A DNA stretch of 63,886 nt, filler included. It is 7 parts of 7 records of this genome, joined end to end, with 100 filler letters (N's around TTAATTAATTAA, not from the genome) between each part and the next. Parts side by side here need not be neighbours in the genome. Positions count along the whole stretch, not along the records: positions 39,356 to 59,254 come from SRR11831585_138; positions 59,355 to 61,481 come from SRR11831585_141; 5 more parts are not named here. One strand, written 5' to 3'. The translations under genes and the position numbers were made by a program. Positions 42,351 through 59,517 of the stretch are shown piece after piece. Under the pieces are notes generated by a model. That model did no database searches, was not told where the DNA came from, and saw nothing but the letters and a program-made list of their open reading frames with translations. How positions within the stretch are numbered: the first letter of the stretch is position 1; every line of letters starts with the position of its first letter.

Positions 42351-43682
42351 ATGCAACCGTCCAGAAACTTTGACGATCTCAAATTCTCCTCTATTCACCG
42401 CCGCATTTTGCTGTGGGGAAGCGGTGGTCCGTTTCTGGATGGTTATGTACTGGTAATGATTGGCGTGGCGCTGGAGCAACTGACGCCGGCGCTGAAACTG
42501 GACGCTGACTGGATTGGCTTGCTGGGCGCGGGAACGCTCGCCGGGCTGTTCGTTGGCACATCGCTGTTTGGTTATATTTCCGATAAAGTCGGACGGCGCA
42601 AAATGTTCCTCATTGATATCATCGCCATCGGCGTGATATCGGTGGCGACGATGTTTGTTTCATCCCCCGTCGAACTGTTGGTGATGCGGGTACTTATCGG
42701 CATTGTCATCGGTGCAGATTATCCCATCGCCACCTCAATGATCACCGAGTTCTCCAGTACCCGTCAGCGGGCGTTTTCCATCAGCTTTATTGCCGCGATG
42801 TGGTATGTCGGCGCGACCTGTGCCGATCTGGTCGGCTACTGGCTTTATGATGTGGAAGGCGGCTGGCGCTGGATGCTGGGTAGCGCGGCGATCCCCTGTT
42901 TGTTGATTTTGATTGGTCGATTCGAACTGCCTGAATCTCCCCGCTGGTTATTACGCAAAGGGCGAGTAAAAGAGTGCGAAGAGATGATGATCAAACTGTT
43001 TGGCGAACCGGTGGCTTTCGATGAAGAGCAGCCGCAGCAAACCCGTTTTCGCGATCTGTTTAATCGCCGCCATTTTCCTTTTGTTCTGTTTGTTGCCGCC
43101 ATCTGGACCTGCCAGGTGATCCCAATGTTCGCCATTTACACCTTTGGCCCGCAAATCGTTGGTTTGTTGGGATTGGGGGTTGGCAAAAACGCGGCACTAG
43201 GGAATGTGGTGATTAGCCTGTTCTTTATGCTCGGCTGTATTCCGCCGATGCTGTGGTTAAACACTGCCGGACGGCGTCCATTGTTGATTGGCAGCTTTGC
43301 CATGATGACGCTGGCGCTGGCGGTTTTGGGGCTAATCCCGGATATGGGGATCTGGCTGGTAGTGATGGCCTTTGCGGTGTATGCCTTTTTCTCTGGCGGG
43401 CCGGGTAATTTGCAGTGGCTCTATCCTAATGAACTCTTCCCGACAGATATCCGCGCCTCTGCCGTGGGCGTGATTATGTCCTTAAGTCGTATTGGCACCA
43501 TTGTTTCGACCTGGGCACTACCGATCTTTATCAATAATTACGGTATCAGTAACACGATGCTAATGGGGGCGGGTATCTCGCTGTTTGGCTTGTTGATTTC
43601 CGTAGCGTTTGCCCCGGAGACTCGAGGGATGTCACTGGCGCAGACCAGCAATATGACGATCCGCGGGCAGAGAATGGGGTAA
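42351..43682 (+). CDS. yaaU: MFS transporter
   Basis: Start at MQPSRN (443 aa); DKVGRRK, PESPRWL, PETRG. Confidence 0.95.
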   Translation: MQPSRNFDDLKFSSIHRRILLWGSGGPFLDGYVLVMIGVALEQLTPALKLDADWIGLLGAGTLAGLFVGTSLFGYISDKVGRRKMFLIDIIAIGVISVATMFVSSPVELLVMRVLIGIVIGADYPIATSMITEFSSTRQRAFSISFIAAMWYVGATCADLVGYWLYDVEGGWRWMLGSAAIPCLLILIGRFELPESPRWLLRKGRVKECEEMMIKLFGEPVAFDEEQPQQTRFRDLFNRRHFPFVLFVAAIWTCQVIPMFAIYTFGPQIVGLLGLGVGKNAALGNVVISLFFMLGCIPPMLWLNTAGRRPLLIGSFAMMTLALAVLGLIPDMGIWLVVMAFAVYAFFSGGPGNLQWLYPNELFPTDIRASAVGVIMSLSRIGTIVSTWALPIFINNYGISNTMLMGAGISLFGLLISVAFAPETRGMSLAQTSNMTIRGQRMG

Positions 43683-43789
43683 ATTGTTCAGATTTCTCTC
43701 TTTTCTGAATCAATATTATTGACTATAAGCCGCGTGAATATATGACTACACTTTGTGGGAAAACAAAGGCGTAATCACGCGGGCTACCT

Positions 43790-44312
43790 ATGATTCTTAT
43801 AATTTATGCGCATCCGTATCCGCATCATTCCCATGCGAATAAACGGATGCTTGAACAGGCAAGGACGCTGGAAGGCGTCGAAATTCGCTCTCTTTATCAA
43901 CTCTATCCTGACTTCAATATCGATATTGCCGCCGAGCAGGAGGCGCTGTCTCGCGCCGATCTGATCGTCTGGCAGCATCCGATGCAGTGGTACAGCATTC
44001 CTCCGCTCCTCAAACTTTGGATCGATAAAGTTTTCTCCCACGGCTGGGCTTACGGTCATGGCGGCACGGCGCTGCATGGCAAACATTTGCTGTGGGCGGT
44101 GACGACCGGCGGCGGGGAAAGCCATTTTGAAATTGGTGCGCATCCGGGCTTTGATGTGCTGTCGCAGCCGCTACAGGCGACGGCAATCTACTGCGGGCTG
44201 AACTGGCTGCCACCGTTTGCCATGCACTGCACCTTTATTTGTGACGACGAAACCCTCGAAGGGCAGGCGCGTCACTATAAGCAACGTCTGCTGGAATGGC
44301 AGGAGGCCCATC

Positions 44313-44320
<8 letters not shown>
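43790..44320 (+). CDS. kefF: KefC ancillary flavoprotein
   Basis: 176 aa; [20 protein letters not shown]. Confidence 0.97.
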
Positions 44321-46846
<2,526 letters not shown>

Positions 46847-46870
46847 TTTTGTATAGAATTTACGGCTAGC

Positions 46871-46905
46871 GCCGGATGCGACGCCGGTCGCGTCTTATCC
46901 GGCCT
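46871..46905. repeat. REP element between convergent folA and apaH
   Basis: GCCGGATGCGACGCCGGTCGCGTCTTATCCGGCCT. Confidence 0.9.
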
Positions 46906-46923
46906 TCCTATATCAGGCTGTGT

Positions 46924-47766
46924 TTAAGACGCCGCCGCTTCGCCCAAATCCTTATGCCGGTTCGACGGCTGGACAAAATACTGTTTATCTTCCCAGCGCA
47001 GGCAGGTTAATGTACCACCCCAGCAGCAGCCGGTATCCAGCGCGTATATACCTTCCGGCGTACCTTTGCCCTCCAGCGATGCCCAGTGACCAAAGGCGAT
47101 GCTGTATTCTTCAGCGACAGGGCCAGGAATCGCAAACCACGGTTTCAGTGGGGCAGGGGCCTCTTCCGGCGATTCTTTGCTGTACATATCCAGTTGACCG
47201 TTCGGGAAGCAAAAACGCATACGGGTAAAAGCGTTGGTGATAAAACGCAGTCTTCCCAGCCCCCGCAATTCCGGTGACCAGTTATTTGGCATATCGCCGT
47301 ACATGGCATCAAGAAAGAAGGGATAGGAGTCACTCGATAGCACCGCTTCTACATCGCGTGCGCACTCTTTGGCGGTCTGCAGATCCCACTGCGGCGTGAT
47401 CCCTGCGTGGGCCATCACCAGCTTTTTCTCTTCGTCGATTTGCAGCAGAGGCTGGCGCCGCAGCCAGTTAAGCAGCTCGTCGGCATCCGGCGCTTCCAGC
47501 AGCGGTGTCAGGCGATCTTTCGGTTTATTGCGGCTGATCCCGGCAAATACCGCCAGCAGATGCAGATCGTGATTGCCCAGCACCAGACGTACGCTGTCGC
47601 CTAAGGATTTCACATAGCGCAGAACATCCAGCGAACCCGGCCCGCGCGCGACCAGATCGCCCGTCAGCCAGAGGGTATCTTTCCCAGGGGTAAATTCTAC
47701 TTTATGCAGCAATGCGATCAGTTCATCGTAACAACCATGAACGTCGCCAATAAGGTATGTCGCCAT
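46924..47766 (-). CDS. apaH: Symmetrical Ap4A hydrolase
   Basis: 280 aa; GDVHG, GDLVARG, GNHD, LDTGC. Confidence 0.98.
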
Positions 47767-47772
47767 ATTCTT

Positions 47773-48150
47773 TTAATGAATGAGTGTGGGAACGGCGAGT
47801 CGGAATACGGGAATGTCGATGCTGAAAGGGACGCCATTTTCATCGATCATTTCGTAGTGACCCTGCATGGTGCCCAGCGGGGTTTCAATGATTGCACCGC
47901 TGGTGTACTGGTACTCTTCGCCAGGCGCGATAAGTGGCTGGACGCCAACCACTCCTTCGCCCTGGACTTCGGTTTCACGGCCATTGCCATTGGTGATCAG
48001 CCAGTAACGCCCCAACAACTGCACTGGCGCTCGCCCCAGATTGCGTATGGTTACGGTATAAGCAAAAACGTAACGTTCATTATCAGGTGAAGATTGAGCC
48101 TCAATGTAGACGCTTTGAACCTGAATACACACTCGGGGCGAATTGATCAT
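47773..48150 (-). CDS. apaG: ApaG protein
   Basis: Start at MINSPRV (125 aa); GEGVVG. Confidence 0.97.
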   Translation of the reverse strand: MINSPRVCIQVQSVYIEAQSSPDNERYVFAYTVTIRNLGRAPVQLLGRYWLITNGNGRETEVQGEGVVGVQPLIAPGEEYQYTSGAIIETPLGTMQGHYEMIDENGVPFSIDIPVFRLAVPTLIH

Positions 48151-48152
48151 CG

Positions 48153-51246
<3,094 letters not shown>

Positions 51247-51298
51247 ACTTTTTCCATTTCAATTAACCGCACTGCGGATTACGTGGTAAATCAACAAA

Positions 51299-53653
51299 TC
51301 ACAAAGTGTTTTGATACGGCAGAATGTTCGAACGCAGCATCTCTTGCGTACCCAGACCGTAGTTGGAGCTCAGGCCGCGAAGTTCGATGTTAAAGCCGAT
51401 TGCGTTGTCATATACCGCATGTTGTTTATCGTTATCCCAACCGTTCAGCTTCCGCTCGTAACCGACGCGAATTGCATAGCAGCAGGAGCTGTATTGCACA
51501 CCTAACATAGAGTCGGCTTGCTTGTTAGCATTGGTGTCGTAGTAGTAGGCCCCAACAATGGACCAACGATCGGCAATTGGCCAGCTGGCGACAGCACCTA
51601 CCTGCGAAATACCATTCTTATATTGCTCAGCAGTGGAATAGTACTTAGGCAGCGTAGCCTGAATATATTCCGGGCTGGCGTAACGGTAATTCAGCTGTAC
51701 CAGACGGTCTTCATCCCGACGGTATTCAATGCTGGAGTTACTGGTCGCTACGTTATCCAGACGTGTATCGTACTGAATCCCGCCACGCAATCCCCAACGC
51801 TCGGAGATACGCCAGTAAGTATCGCCTGCCCACACCAGTGAACCCGTTTTGTCGTCATTCTCCCATGTTATGTTGTCATCGCCAGTGCGAGACTCCGTGA
51901 AATAGTAGATTTGACCAACGGAAATATTAAAACGTTCAACGGCAGCATCATCATATATGCGAGATGTGACACCGGTCGTCACCTGGTTAGCGGAGGCAAT
52001 ACGGTCAAGACCGCCGTAAGTCCGGTCCCGGAACAGGCCAGAGTAGTCAGATTGCAGCAGAGACGAGTCGTAGTTATAGATGTCGCTCTGATCGCGATAC
52101 GGCACGTACAAATACTGCGCGCGCGGTTCCAGCGTTTGGGTATAACCCGGAGCCAGCATTTCCATATCGCGTTCAAAGACCATTTTGCCGTCAACTTTGA
52201 ATTGCGGCATTACGCGGTTAACGGATTCGTCCAGCTTGGTCGTGTTTCTGGAGTTATACCAGTCAAGATTGGTTTGCTGATAATGGGTTGCCAGCAACTT
52301 CGCTTCGGTATTGATGCTGCCCCAGTTATTAGAGAGCGGCAAATTGATGGTCGGTTCCAGGTGAACACGGGTTGCTTCAGGCATGTCGTCTCTGGTGTTA
52401 ACAAAGTGCACTGCCTGGCCGTAAATACGCGTATCAAACGGACCAACATCATTCTGGTAGTAATTAACGTCTAACTGCGGCTCTGCCGAGTAGCTACTGG
52501 TGTTCTGTTCGCTGAAAACCTGGAACTGCTTGGTTGAAACGGTGGCATTGAAGTTTTGCACCGCATAGCCAACGCTGAATTTTTGCGTTGCGTAGCCGTC
52601 AGTACTGGAACCGTACTTGTTATCGAAATCATTGAAGTAGCTAGGATCGCTGACCTTGGTGTAGTCGACGTTGAAACGCCACACCTGATCCATGACCCCG
52701 GAGTGGTTCCAGTAGAATAACCAACGACGTGAACTGTCATCGTTCGGGTGTTCATCTTCATAGACTTTATCTGAAGGCAGATAGTCCAGTTCCATCAAGC
52801 CAGCGCCCGCCTGGGAGAGGTAGCGGAATTCGTTCTCCCACATGATGTTGCCACGACGATGCATATAATGCGGCGTGATGGTGGCATCCATATTTGGCGC
52901 GATGTTCCAGTAATATGGCAGGTAGAACTCAAAGTAGTTGGTGGTGGTGTACTTGGCGTTCGGGATCAAGAAACCAGAGCGACGTTTGTCACCCACCGGC
53001 AACTGCAAATAGGGGCTATAAAAGATCGGTACCGGACCCACCTTAAAGCGGGCGTTCCAGATCTCCGCAACTTGTTCTTCGCGGTCATGAATAATTTCGC
53101 TACCTACCACGCTCCAGGTGTCAGAACCCGGCAGACAGGAGGTAAAGCTACCGTTATCCAGAATGGTATAGCGGTTTTCGCCACGTTGTTTCATCAGGTC
53201 CGCTTTACCGCGACCCTGGCGACCCACCATCTGGTAATCACCTTCCCAGACGTTGGTATCTTTGGTGTTCAGATTCGCCCAGCCTTTCGGCCCTTTGAGG
53301 ATCACCTGGTTATCGTCGTAATGGACATTACCGAGCGCATCAACGGTACGTACCGGCTCCGGTTGTCCTGGTGCCTCTTTTTGATGGAGCTGCACTTCGT
53401 CGGCCTGCAGACGGCTGTTACCCTGCATGATATCCACGCTGCCAGTAAACACGGCGTCATCCGGGTAGTCCCCTTTCGCGTGGTCAGCATTGATAGTCAC
53501 GGGTAAGTCATTGGTATCGCCCTGTACCAGAGGACGGTCATAGCTTGGCACGCCCAACATGCACTGTGAGGCGAGGTCGGCTGCCAGTCCCTGTTGACTA
53601 TAAAGGGCGGTGGCAATCATGGTGGCCAGGAGAGTGGGGATACGTTTTTTCAT
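51299..53653 (-). CDS. lptD: LPS assembly outer membrane protein
   Basis: 784 aa; [11 protein letters not shown]-terminal SSCC motif. Confidence 0.99.
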
Positions 53654-53907
53654 ACGTTGATTTTATTGTTCCATCATCGGTAACGTTGCGCGTGACAAAC
53701 GGTCAGAGACTAACGTACTCGTCATCTCTACGCTAGTGTTAATCCTGTCCGAATAGCGTCAGTGGTGTTAGGCACGGCATTGAATGACAGGTATGATAAT
53801 GCAAATTATAGGCGATGTCCCACAATTGACCGCAGCCGGAAAACGGTAAAAGCACCTTTATATTGTGGGAGATAGCCCTGATATCCGTGTGTCGATTTGG
53901 GGAATAT

Positions 53908-54723
53908 ATGCAGTATTGGGGAAAAATCATTGGCGTGGCCGTGGCCTTACTGATGGGCGGCGGCTTTTGGGGCGTAGTGTTAGGCCTGTTAATTGGCCAT
54001 ATGTTTGATAAAGCCCGTAGCCGTAAAATGGCGTGGTTCGCCAACCAGCGTGAGCGTCAGGCGCTGTTTTTTGCCACCACTTTTGAAGTGATGGGGCATT
54101 TAACCAAATCCAAAGGTCGCGTCACGGAGGCTGATATTCATATCGCCAGCCAGTTGATGGACCGAATGAATCTTCATGGCGCTTCCCGTACTGCGGCGCA
54201 AAATGCGTTCCGGGTGGGAAAATCAGACAATTACCCGCTGCGCGAAAAGATGCGCCAGTTTCGCAGTGTCTGCTTTGGTCGTTTTGACTTAATTCGTATG
54301 TTTCTGGAGATCCAGATTCAGGCGGCGTTTGCTGATGGTTCACTGCACCCGAATGAACGGGCGGTGCTGTATGTCATTGCAGAAGAATTAGGGATCTCCC
54401 GCGCTCAGTTTGACCAGTTTTTGCGCATGATGCAGGGCGGTGCACAGTTTGGCGGCGGTTATCAGCAGCAAACTGGCGGTGGTAACTGGCAGCAAGCGCA
54501 GCGTGGCCCAACGCTGGAAGATGCCTGTAATGTGCTGGGCGTGAAGCCGACGGATGATGCGACCACCATCAAACGTGCCTACCGTAAGCTGATGAGTGAA
54601 CACCATCCCGATAAGCTGGTGGCGAAAGGTTTGCCGCCTGAGATGATGGAGATGGCGAAGCAGAAAGCGCAGGAAATTCAGCAGGCATATGAGCTGATAA
54701 AGCAGCAGAAAGGGTTTAAATGA
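53908..54723 (+). CDS. djlA: DnaJ-like membrane co-chaperone
   Basis: Start at MQYWGK (271 aa); N-terminal TM helix, TerB-like domain, J domain with HPDK. Confidence 0.98.
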   Translation: MQYWGKIIGVAVALLMGGGFWGVVLGLLIGHMFDKARSRKMAWFANQRERQALFFATTFEVMGHLTKSKGRVTEADIHIASQLMDRMNLHGASRTAAQNAFRVGKSDNYPLREKMRQFRSVCFGRFDLIRMFLEIQIQAAFADGSLHPNERAVLYVIAEELGISRAQFDQFLRMMQGGAQFGGGYQQQTGGGNWQQAQRGPTLEDACNVLGVKPTDDATTIKRAYRKLMSEHHPDKLVAKGLPPEMMEMAKQKAQEIQQAYELIKQQKGFK

Positions 54724-55016
54724 CCCTGTAAATGATGCTGAGTAACTGCCCACGATTAAAGGTGGCCGCCCTGGCGGTCACTTCTTTGAGAAAAGGCGTT
54801 TACTCAGAATGGTGGACAGGCTCAATGCACGGTTTACGGGAGGGGTTCTGTAGGTTTTATCGCGTTGACCCTGCTTAAGGTTGAGAGCTTTACGACGAGC
54901 GGAATTATATTTTTACGTCTTAAAAATAAAAACACATACCTGAATGAGCGATTTTTGAAAGTATATTTATTCAGAACGCGCATCATGAGTTTTTAACTCA
55001 ATGCGAGGCTATTACC

Positions 55017-55822
55017 ATGAAAGTATCAGTTCCAGGCATGCCGGTTACACTTTTAAATATGAGCAAGAACGATATTTATAAGATGGTGAGCGGGGACAAG
55101 ATGGACGTGAAGATGAATATCTTTCAACGCTTGTGGGAGACGTTACGCCATCTGTTCTGGTCAGATAAACAGACTGAGGCTTATAAACTTCTGTTCAATT
55201 TCGTGAATAACCAGACTGGCAACATCAACGCCTCAGAATACTTTACTGGGGCTATCAACGAGAATGAGAGAGAAAAGTTTATCAATAGCCTGGAATTATT
55301 CAATAAACTTAAAACATGCGCAAAAAATCCGGATGAGTTGGTCGCAAAGGGCAATATGCGCTGGGTCGCCCAGACCTTCGGGGATATCGAGTTAAGTGTC
55401 ACTTTTTTCATTGAAAAGAATAAGATATGTACTCAGACGTTGCAGCTGCATAAGGGCCAAGGTAACTTGGGCGTTGATCTTAGAAAGGCTTACCTTCCCG
55501 GCGTTGACATGAGGGATTGTTACCTTGGTAAAAAAACAATGAAAGGTAGCAATGATATCCTTTATGAGAGACCTGGGTGGAATGCTAACCTGGGCGTGCT
55601 ACCCCGGACGGTGCTACCCCGGACGGTGCTAACCCGGACGGTGCTAACCTGGACGGTGCTACCGTGAACGGTGCTACCTCCTTATATGATGAGGTAATTA
55701 TTATTAATAAAATCCCCCCCAAAAAAATTGATACTAAAGGAGTTGCTACTGAAGAAGTTGCTACTAAAAAAGTACTGCTGAACAAATTACTGACAACGCA
55801 ATTATTGAATGAGCCAGAATAA
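55017..55822 (+). pseudogene. yabP: Split pentapeptide-repeat, WEX5F effector-like gene (yabP 55017-55667 plus yabQ 55664-55822)
   Basis: WETLRHLF motif; after ANLG the alternative frame reads ATPDG-ATPDG-ANPDG-ANLDG-ATVNG and stays open to TAA at 55822. Confidence 0.85.
55596..55678 (+). repeat. 15-nt tandem repeat, about 5.5 copies
   Basis: Units of GTGCTA(C/A)CC(C/T)GGACG. Confidence 0.9.
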
Positions 55823-56155
55823 GCTAAGGTTGAAGGGGCTGGAACGCCCCTTCAACCTTAGCAGTAGCGTGGGATGATTTCACAATTAGAAAGACCTGCA
55901 TGATGAGCTAGAGAAGAGGCTAGTGACGCAAGGCGTCGTGCAGGACACGGATCACCGAGATGGGCATCGCCAACCAGACTGCTAATTAGCCCATGAATAA
56001 CAATCAGAAAGGACCATAACAGACCCGTTAAAATGAAATATAAGAGACGGTCAACGGGTGAAGAAAAAGTTCAAAAATTCGCTGTGGAGCAGGAAGGGAA
56101 TTACCGAATGGAAAGCGTAGCCACACGCAACAACTGAAAGCAGTTTGGCAGAAAC

Positions 56156-56180
56156 AAAAAATCCCCGGACTCGGGGATTT
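56156..56180 (-). terminator. Rho-independent terminator after rapA-rluA
   Basis: Minus strand AAATCCCCG-AGTC-CGGGGATTTTTT. Confidence 0.75.
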
Positions 56181-56229
56181 ATGTACAAGAGGCAGCCCTT
56201 AGGATGAGGGTATAAACGTACAGGAAAGG

Positions 56230-56889
56230 TTAAAAATCCGCTGGCGCTTTAAACGTCATACTATTGCCATACGCCGGATGGGTAATCGTCAACATCTCTG
56301 CATGTAGCAACAAACGTGGTGCCATCGCTCTCGCTTCTGGTGATGCATAAAAACGATCGCCGAGAATCGGATGACCCAGCGCCAGCATATGCACACGCAA
56401 TTGATGCGAACGCCCGGTAATCGGTTTTAACACCACTCTTGCCGTGTTATCCGCCGCATACTCCACCACTTCATATTCCGTCTGCGCAGGTTTACCCGTT
56501 TCGTAACAGATTTTCTGTTTCGGGCGGTTTGGCCAGTCGCAAATCAGCGGCAGATCCACCAGACCTTCTGCGGGGGATGGATGCCCCCAGACGCGGGCCA
56601 CATACTGCTTTTTCGGCTCGCGCTCGCGGAACTGGCGTTTTAACTCCCGCTCCGCGGCTTTGGTCAGCGCCACTACAATCACGCCGCTGGTAGCCATATC
56701 CAGACGATGCACCGATTCTGCCTGCGGATAATCACGCTGAATGCGCGTCATCACGCTGTCTTTGTGCTCTTCCAGACGACCCGGCACTGACAACAAACCG
56801 CTCGGCTTGTTGACCACCATAATATGGTCATCCTGATACAGGATAACCAACCAGGGTTCCTGCGGTGGATTGTAGTTTTCCATCCCCAT
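56230..56889 (-). CDS. rluA: 23S rRNA/tRNA pseudouridine synthase A
   Basis: Start at MGMENY (219 aa); NKPSG, HRLDMATSG, TGRSHQLR. Confidence 0.98.
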   Translation of the reverse strand: MGMENYNPPQEPWLVILYQDDHIMVVNKPSGLLSVPGRLEEHKDSVMTRIQRDYPQAESVHRLDMATSGVIVVALTKAAERELKRQFREREPKKQYVARVWGHPSPAEGLVDLPLICDWPNRPKQKICYETGKPAQTEYEVVEYAADNTARVVLKPITGRSHQLRVHMLALGHPILGDRFYASPEARAMAPRLLLHAEMLTITHPAYGNSMTFKAPADF

Positions 56890-56900
56890 TTTCGGCTCCG

Positions 56901-59254
56901 TTACTGATGCGTTACAACGATCAAACGCAGGGCATCCAGACGCCAACCTGCCTGATCCAGGCTTTCCATTACCTGCTGACGGTTGCTCTCAATGGCGGTC
57001 AGTTCGTCGTCACGAATGTTCGGGTTCACTGCACGCAGAGCTTCCAGACGAGACAGCTCGGCAGACAGTTTTTCGTCGGCTTCGTTACGCGCTGCATCAA
57101 TCAATGCACGGGCAGATTTCTCGATCTGCGCTTCACCCAGTTGAAGGATAGCGTGAACATCCTGCTGCACGGCGTTAACCAGTTTGCTGCCGGTGTGACG
57201 GTTAACCGCGTTAAGCTGGCGGTTAAAGGTTTCAAACTCTACCTGCGCCGCCAGGTTGTTGCCGTTTTTATCCAGCAGCATACGTACCGGCGTCGGTGGC
57301 AGGAAGCGGTTGAGCTGCAACTGCTTCGGAGCCTGGGCTTCAACCACATAAATCAGTTCCACCAACAGCGTACCTACCGGCAACGCTTTGTTTTTTAACA
57401 GTGAAATCGTGCTGCTACCGGTATCGCCAGAAAGGATCAGATCCAGACCGTTGCGGATCAGCGGATGCTCCCAGGTAATAAACTGTGCATCTTCACGCGC
57501 CAGCGCCACTTCACGATCAAAGGTGATGGTGATGCCATCTTCCGACAGGCCAGGGAAGTCCGGCACCAGCATATGATCGGACGGCGTCAGCACGATCATG
57601 TTGTCGCCGCGATCGTCCTGATTGATACCGATAATATCGAACAGGTTCATGGCGAAGGCGATCAGGTTGGTATCGTCATCCTGCTCTTCAATGCTTTCTG
57701 CCAGTGCCTGGGCTTTTTCGCCACCGTTGGAGTGGATTTCCAGCAGGCGGTCACGACCCTGTTCCAGCTGTGCTTTCAGCGCTTCATGTTGCTCGCGGCA
57801 GTTTTTGATCAGATCGTCAAAGCCTTCGGTTTGATCCGGTGAAGCCAGATAGTTAATCAGATCGTTGTATACGCTATCGTAAATAGTGCGTCCGGTCGGG
57901 CAGGTGTGCTCAAATGCATCCAGACCTTCGTGATACCAGCGCACCAGCACCGACTGAGCGGTTTTCTCCAGATAAGGCACATGGATCTGAATATCGTGCG
58001 CCTGGCCGATACGATCCAGACGACCAATACGCTGCTCCAGTAGATCCGGGTTGAATGGCAGGTCAAACATCACCATGTGGCTGGCGAACTGGAAGTTACG
58101 TCCTTCAGAACCGATTTCTGAGCACAGCAGTACCTGTGCGCCGGTGTCTTCTTCGGCAAACCAGGCGGCAGCGCGGTCACGTTCGATAATCGACATACCT
58201 TCGTGGAACACCGCAGCGCGAATACCTTCACGTTCGCGCAGTACCTGCTCCAGTTGCAGCGCAGTGGCAGCTTTGGCGCAGATCACCAGCACTTTCTGAG
58301 AGCGATGGCTGGTCAGGTAGCCCATCAGCCACTCAACGCGCGGATCGAAGTTCCACCAGGTGGCGTTATCACCTTCAAATTCCTGATAAATACGCTCCGG
58401 GTAGAGCATATCGCGAGCACGATCTTCCGCACTTTTACGTGCGCCCATAATGCCGGAGACTTTAATAGCCGTCTGATACTGCGTCGGTAGCGGCAGCTTA
58501 ATGGTGTGCAGCTCGCGTTTCGGGAATCCTTTCACACCGTTACGCGTGTTACGGAACAGCACGCGGCTGGTGCCGTGGCGATCCATCAGCATCGAAACCA
58601 GCTCCTGACGGGCGCTCTGGGCATCTTCGCTGTCGCTGTTTGCTGCCTGCAACAGCGGCTCGATATCCTGCTCGCCGATCATCTCGCCGAGCATGTTCAG
58701 TTCGTCATTGCTCAGTTTGTTACCTGCCAGCAGCATGGCAACGGCGTCCGCAACCGGACGATAATTTTTCTGCTCTTCAACGAACTGCGCAAAATCGTGG
58801 AAACGGTTCGGGTCCAGCAGACGCAGACGGGCGAAGTGGCTTTCCATCCCCAGCTGTTCCGGGGTCGCGGTCAGCAGCAGAACGCCCGGCACGTGCTCTG
58901 CCAGTTGTTCAATGGCCTGATATTCACGGCTTGGCGCATCTTCGCTCCACACCAGGTGATGCGCTTCATCGACCACCAGCAGGTCCCATTCGGCTTCACA
59001 GAGATGTTCCAGGCGCTGTTTGCTACGACGGGCAAAATCCAGCGAGCAAATCACCAGCTGTTCGGTGTCAAACGGGTTGTAAGCATCGTGCTGAGCTTCG
59101 GCATAACGCTCATCATCAAATAGCGCAAAGCGCAGGTTGAAACGGCGCAGCATTTCTACCAGCCACTGATGCTGTAAGGTTTCCGGGACGATAATTAGCA
59201 CACGTTCAGCAGCGCCAGAGAGCAGTTGCTGATGCAGGATCATCCCGGCTTCAA
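56901..59254 (-). CDS. rapA: RNA polymerase-associated SWI2/SNF2 ATPase, 5'-truncated
   Basis: [33 protein letters not shown]. Confidence 0.98.
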
Positions 59255-59354
59255 NNNNNNNNNNNNNNNNNNNNNNNNNNNNNNNNNNNNNNNNNNNNTT
59301 AATTAATTAANNNNNNNNNNNNNNNNNNNNNNNNNNNNNNNNNNNNNNNNNNNN
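59255..59354. other. Artificial contig spacer
   Basis: N44-TTAATTAATTAA-N44. Confidence 0.99.
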
Positions 59355-59424
59355 AGACGCGTTAGCGTCGCATCAGGCATCTGCACACGACTGCCGGATG
59401 CGATAAACGTCTTGTCCGGCCTAC
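59355..59424. repeat. REP/BIME elements at contig start
   Basis: GACGCGTTAGCGTCGCATCAGGC and GCCGGATGCG...TCCGGCCTAC. Confidence 0.85.
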
Positions 59425-59517
59425 ATTTCGCCCGTAGGCAGTCATTAAATAGTTCTGATTACGCGGCTGGCAATGTATCAGTCGCGATTCACCTGCACTC
59501 GCAACGAGGTTCATCTT

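Noticed and set aside
55596-55678. Repeat array as a possible CRISPR
   Set aside because: Contiguous 15-nt tandem units with no spacers and no cas genes; it encodes pentapeptide repeats
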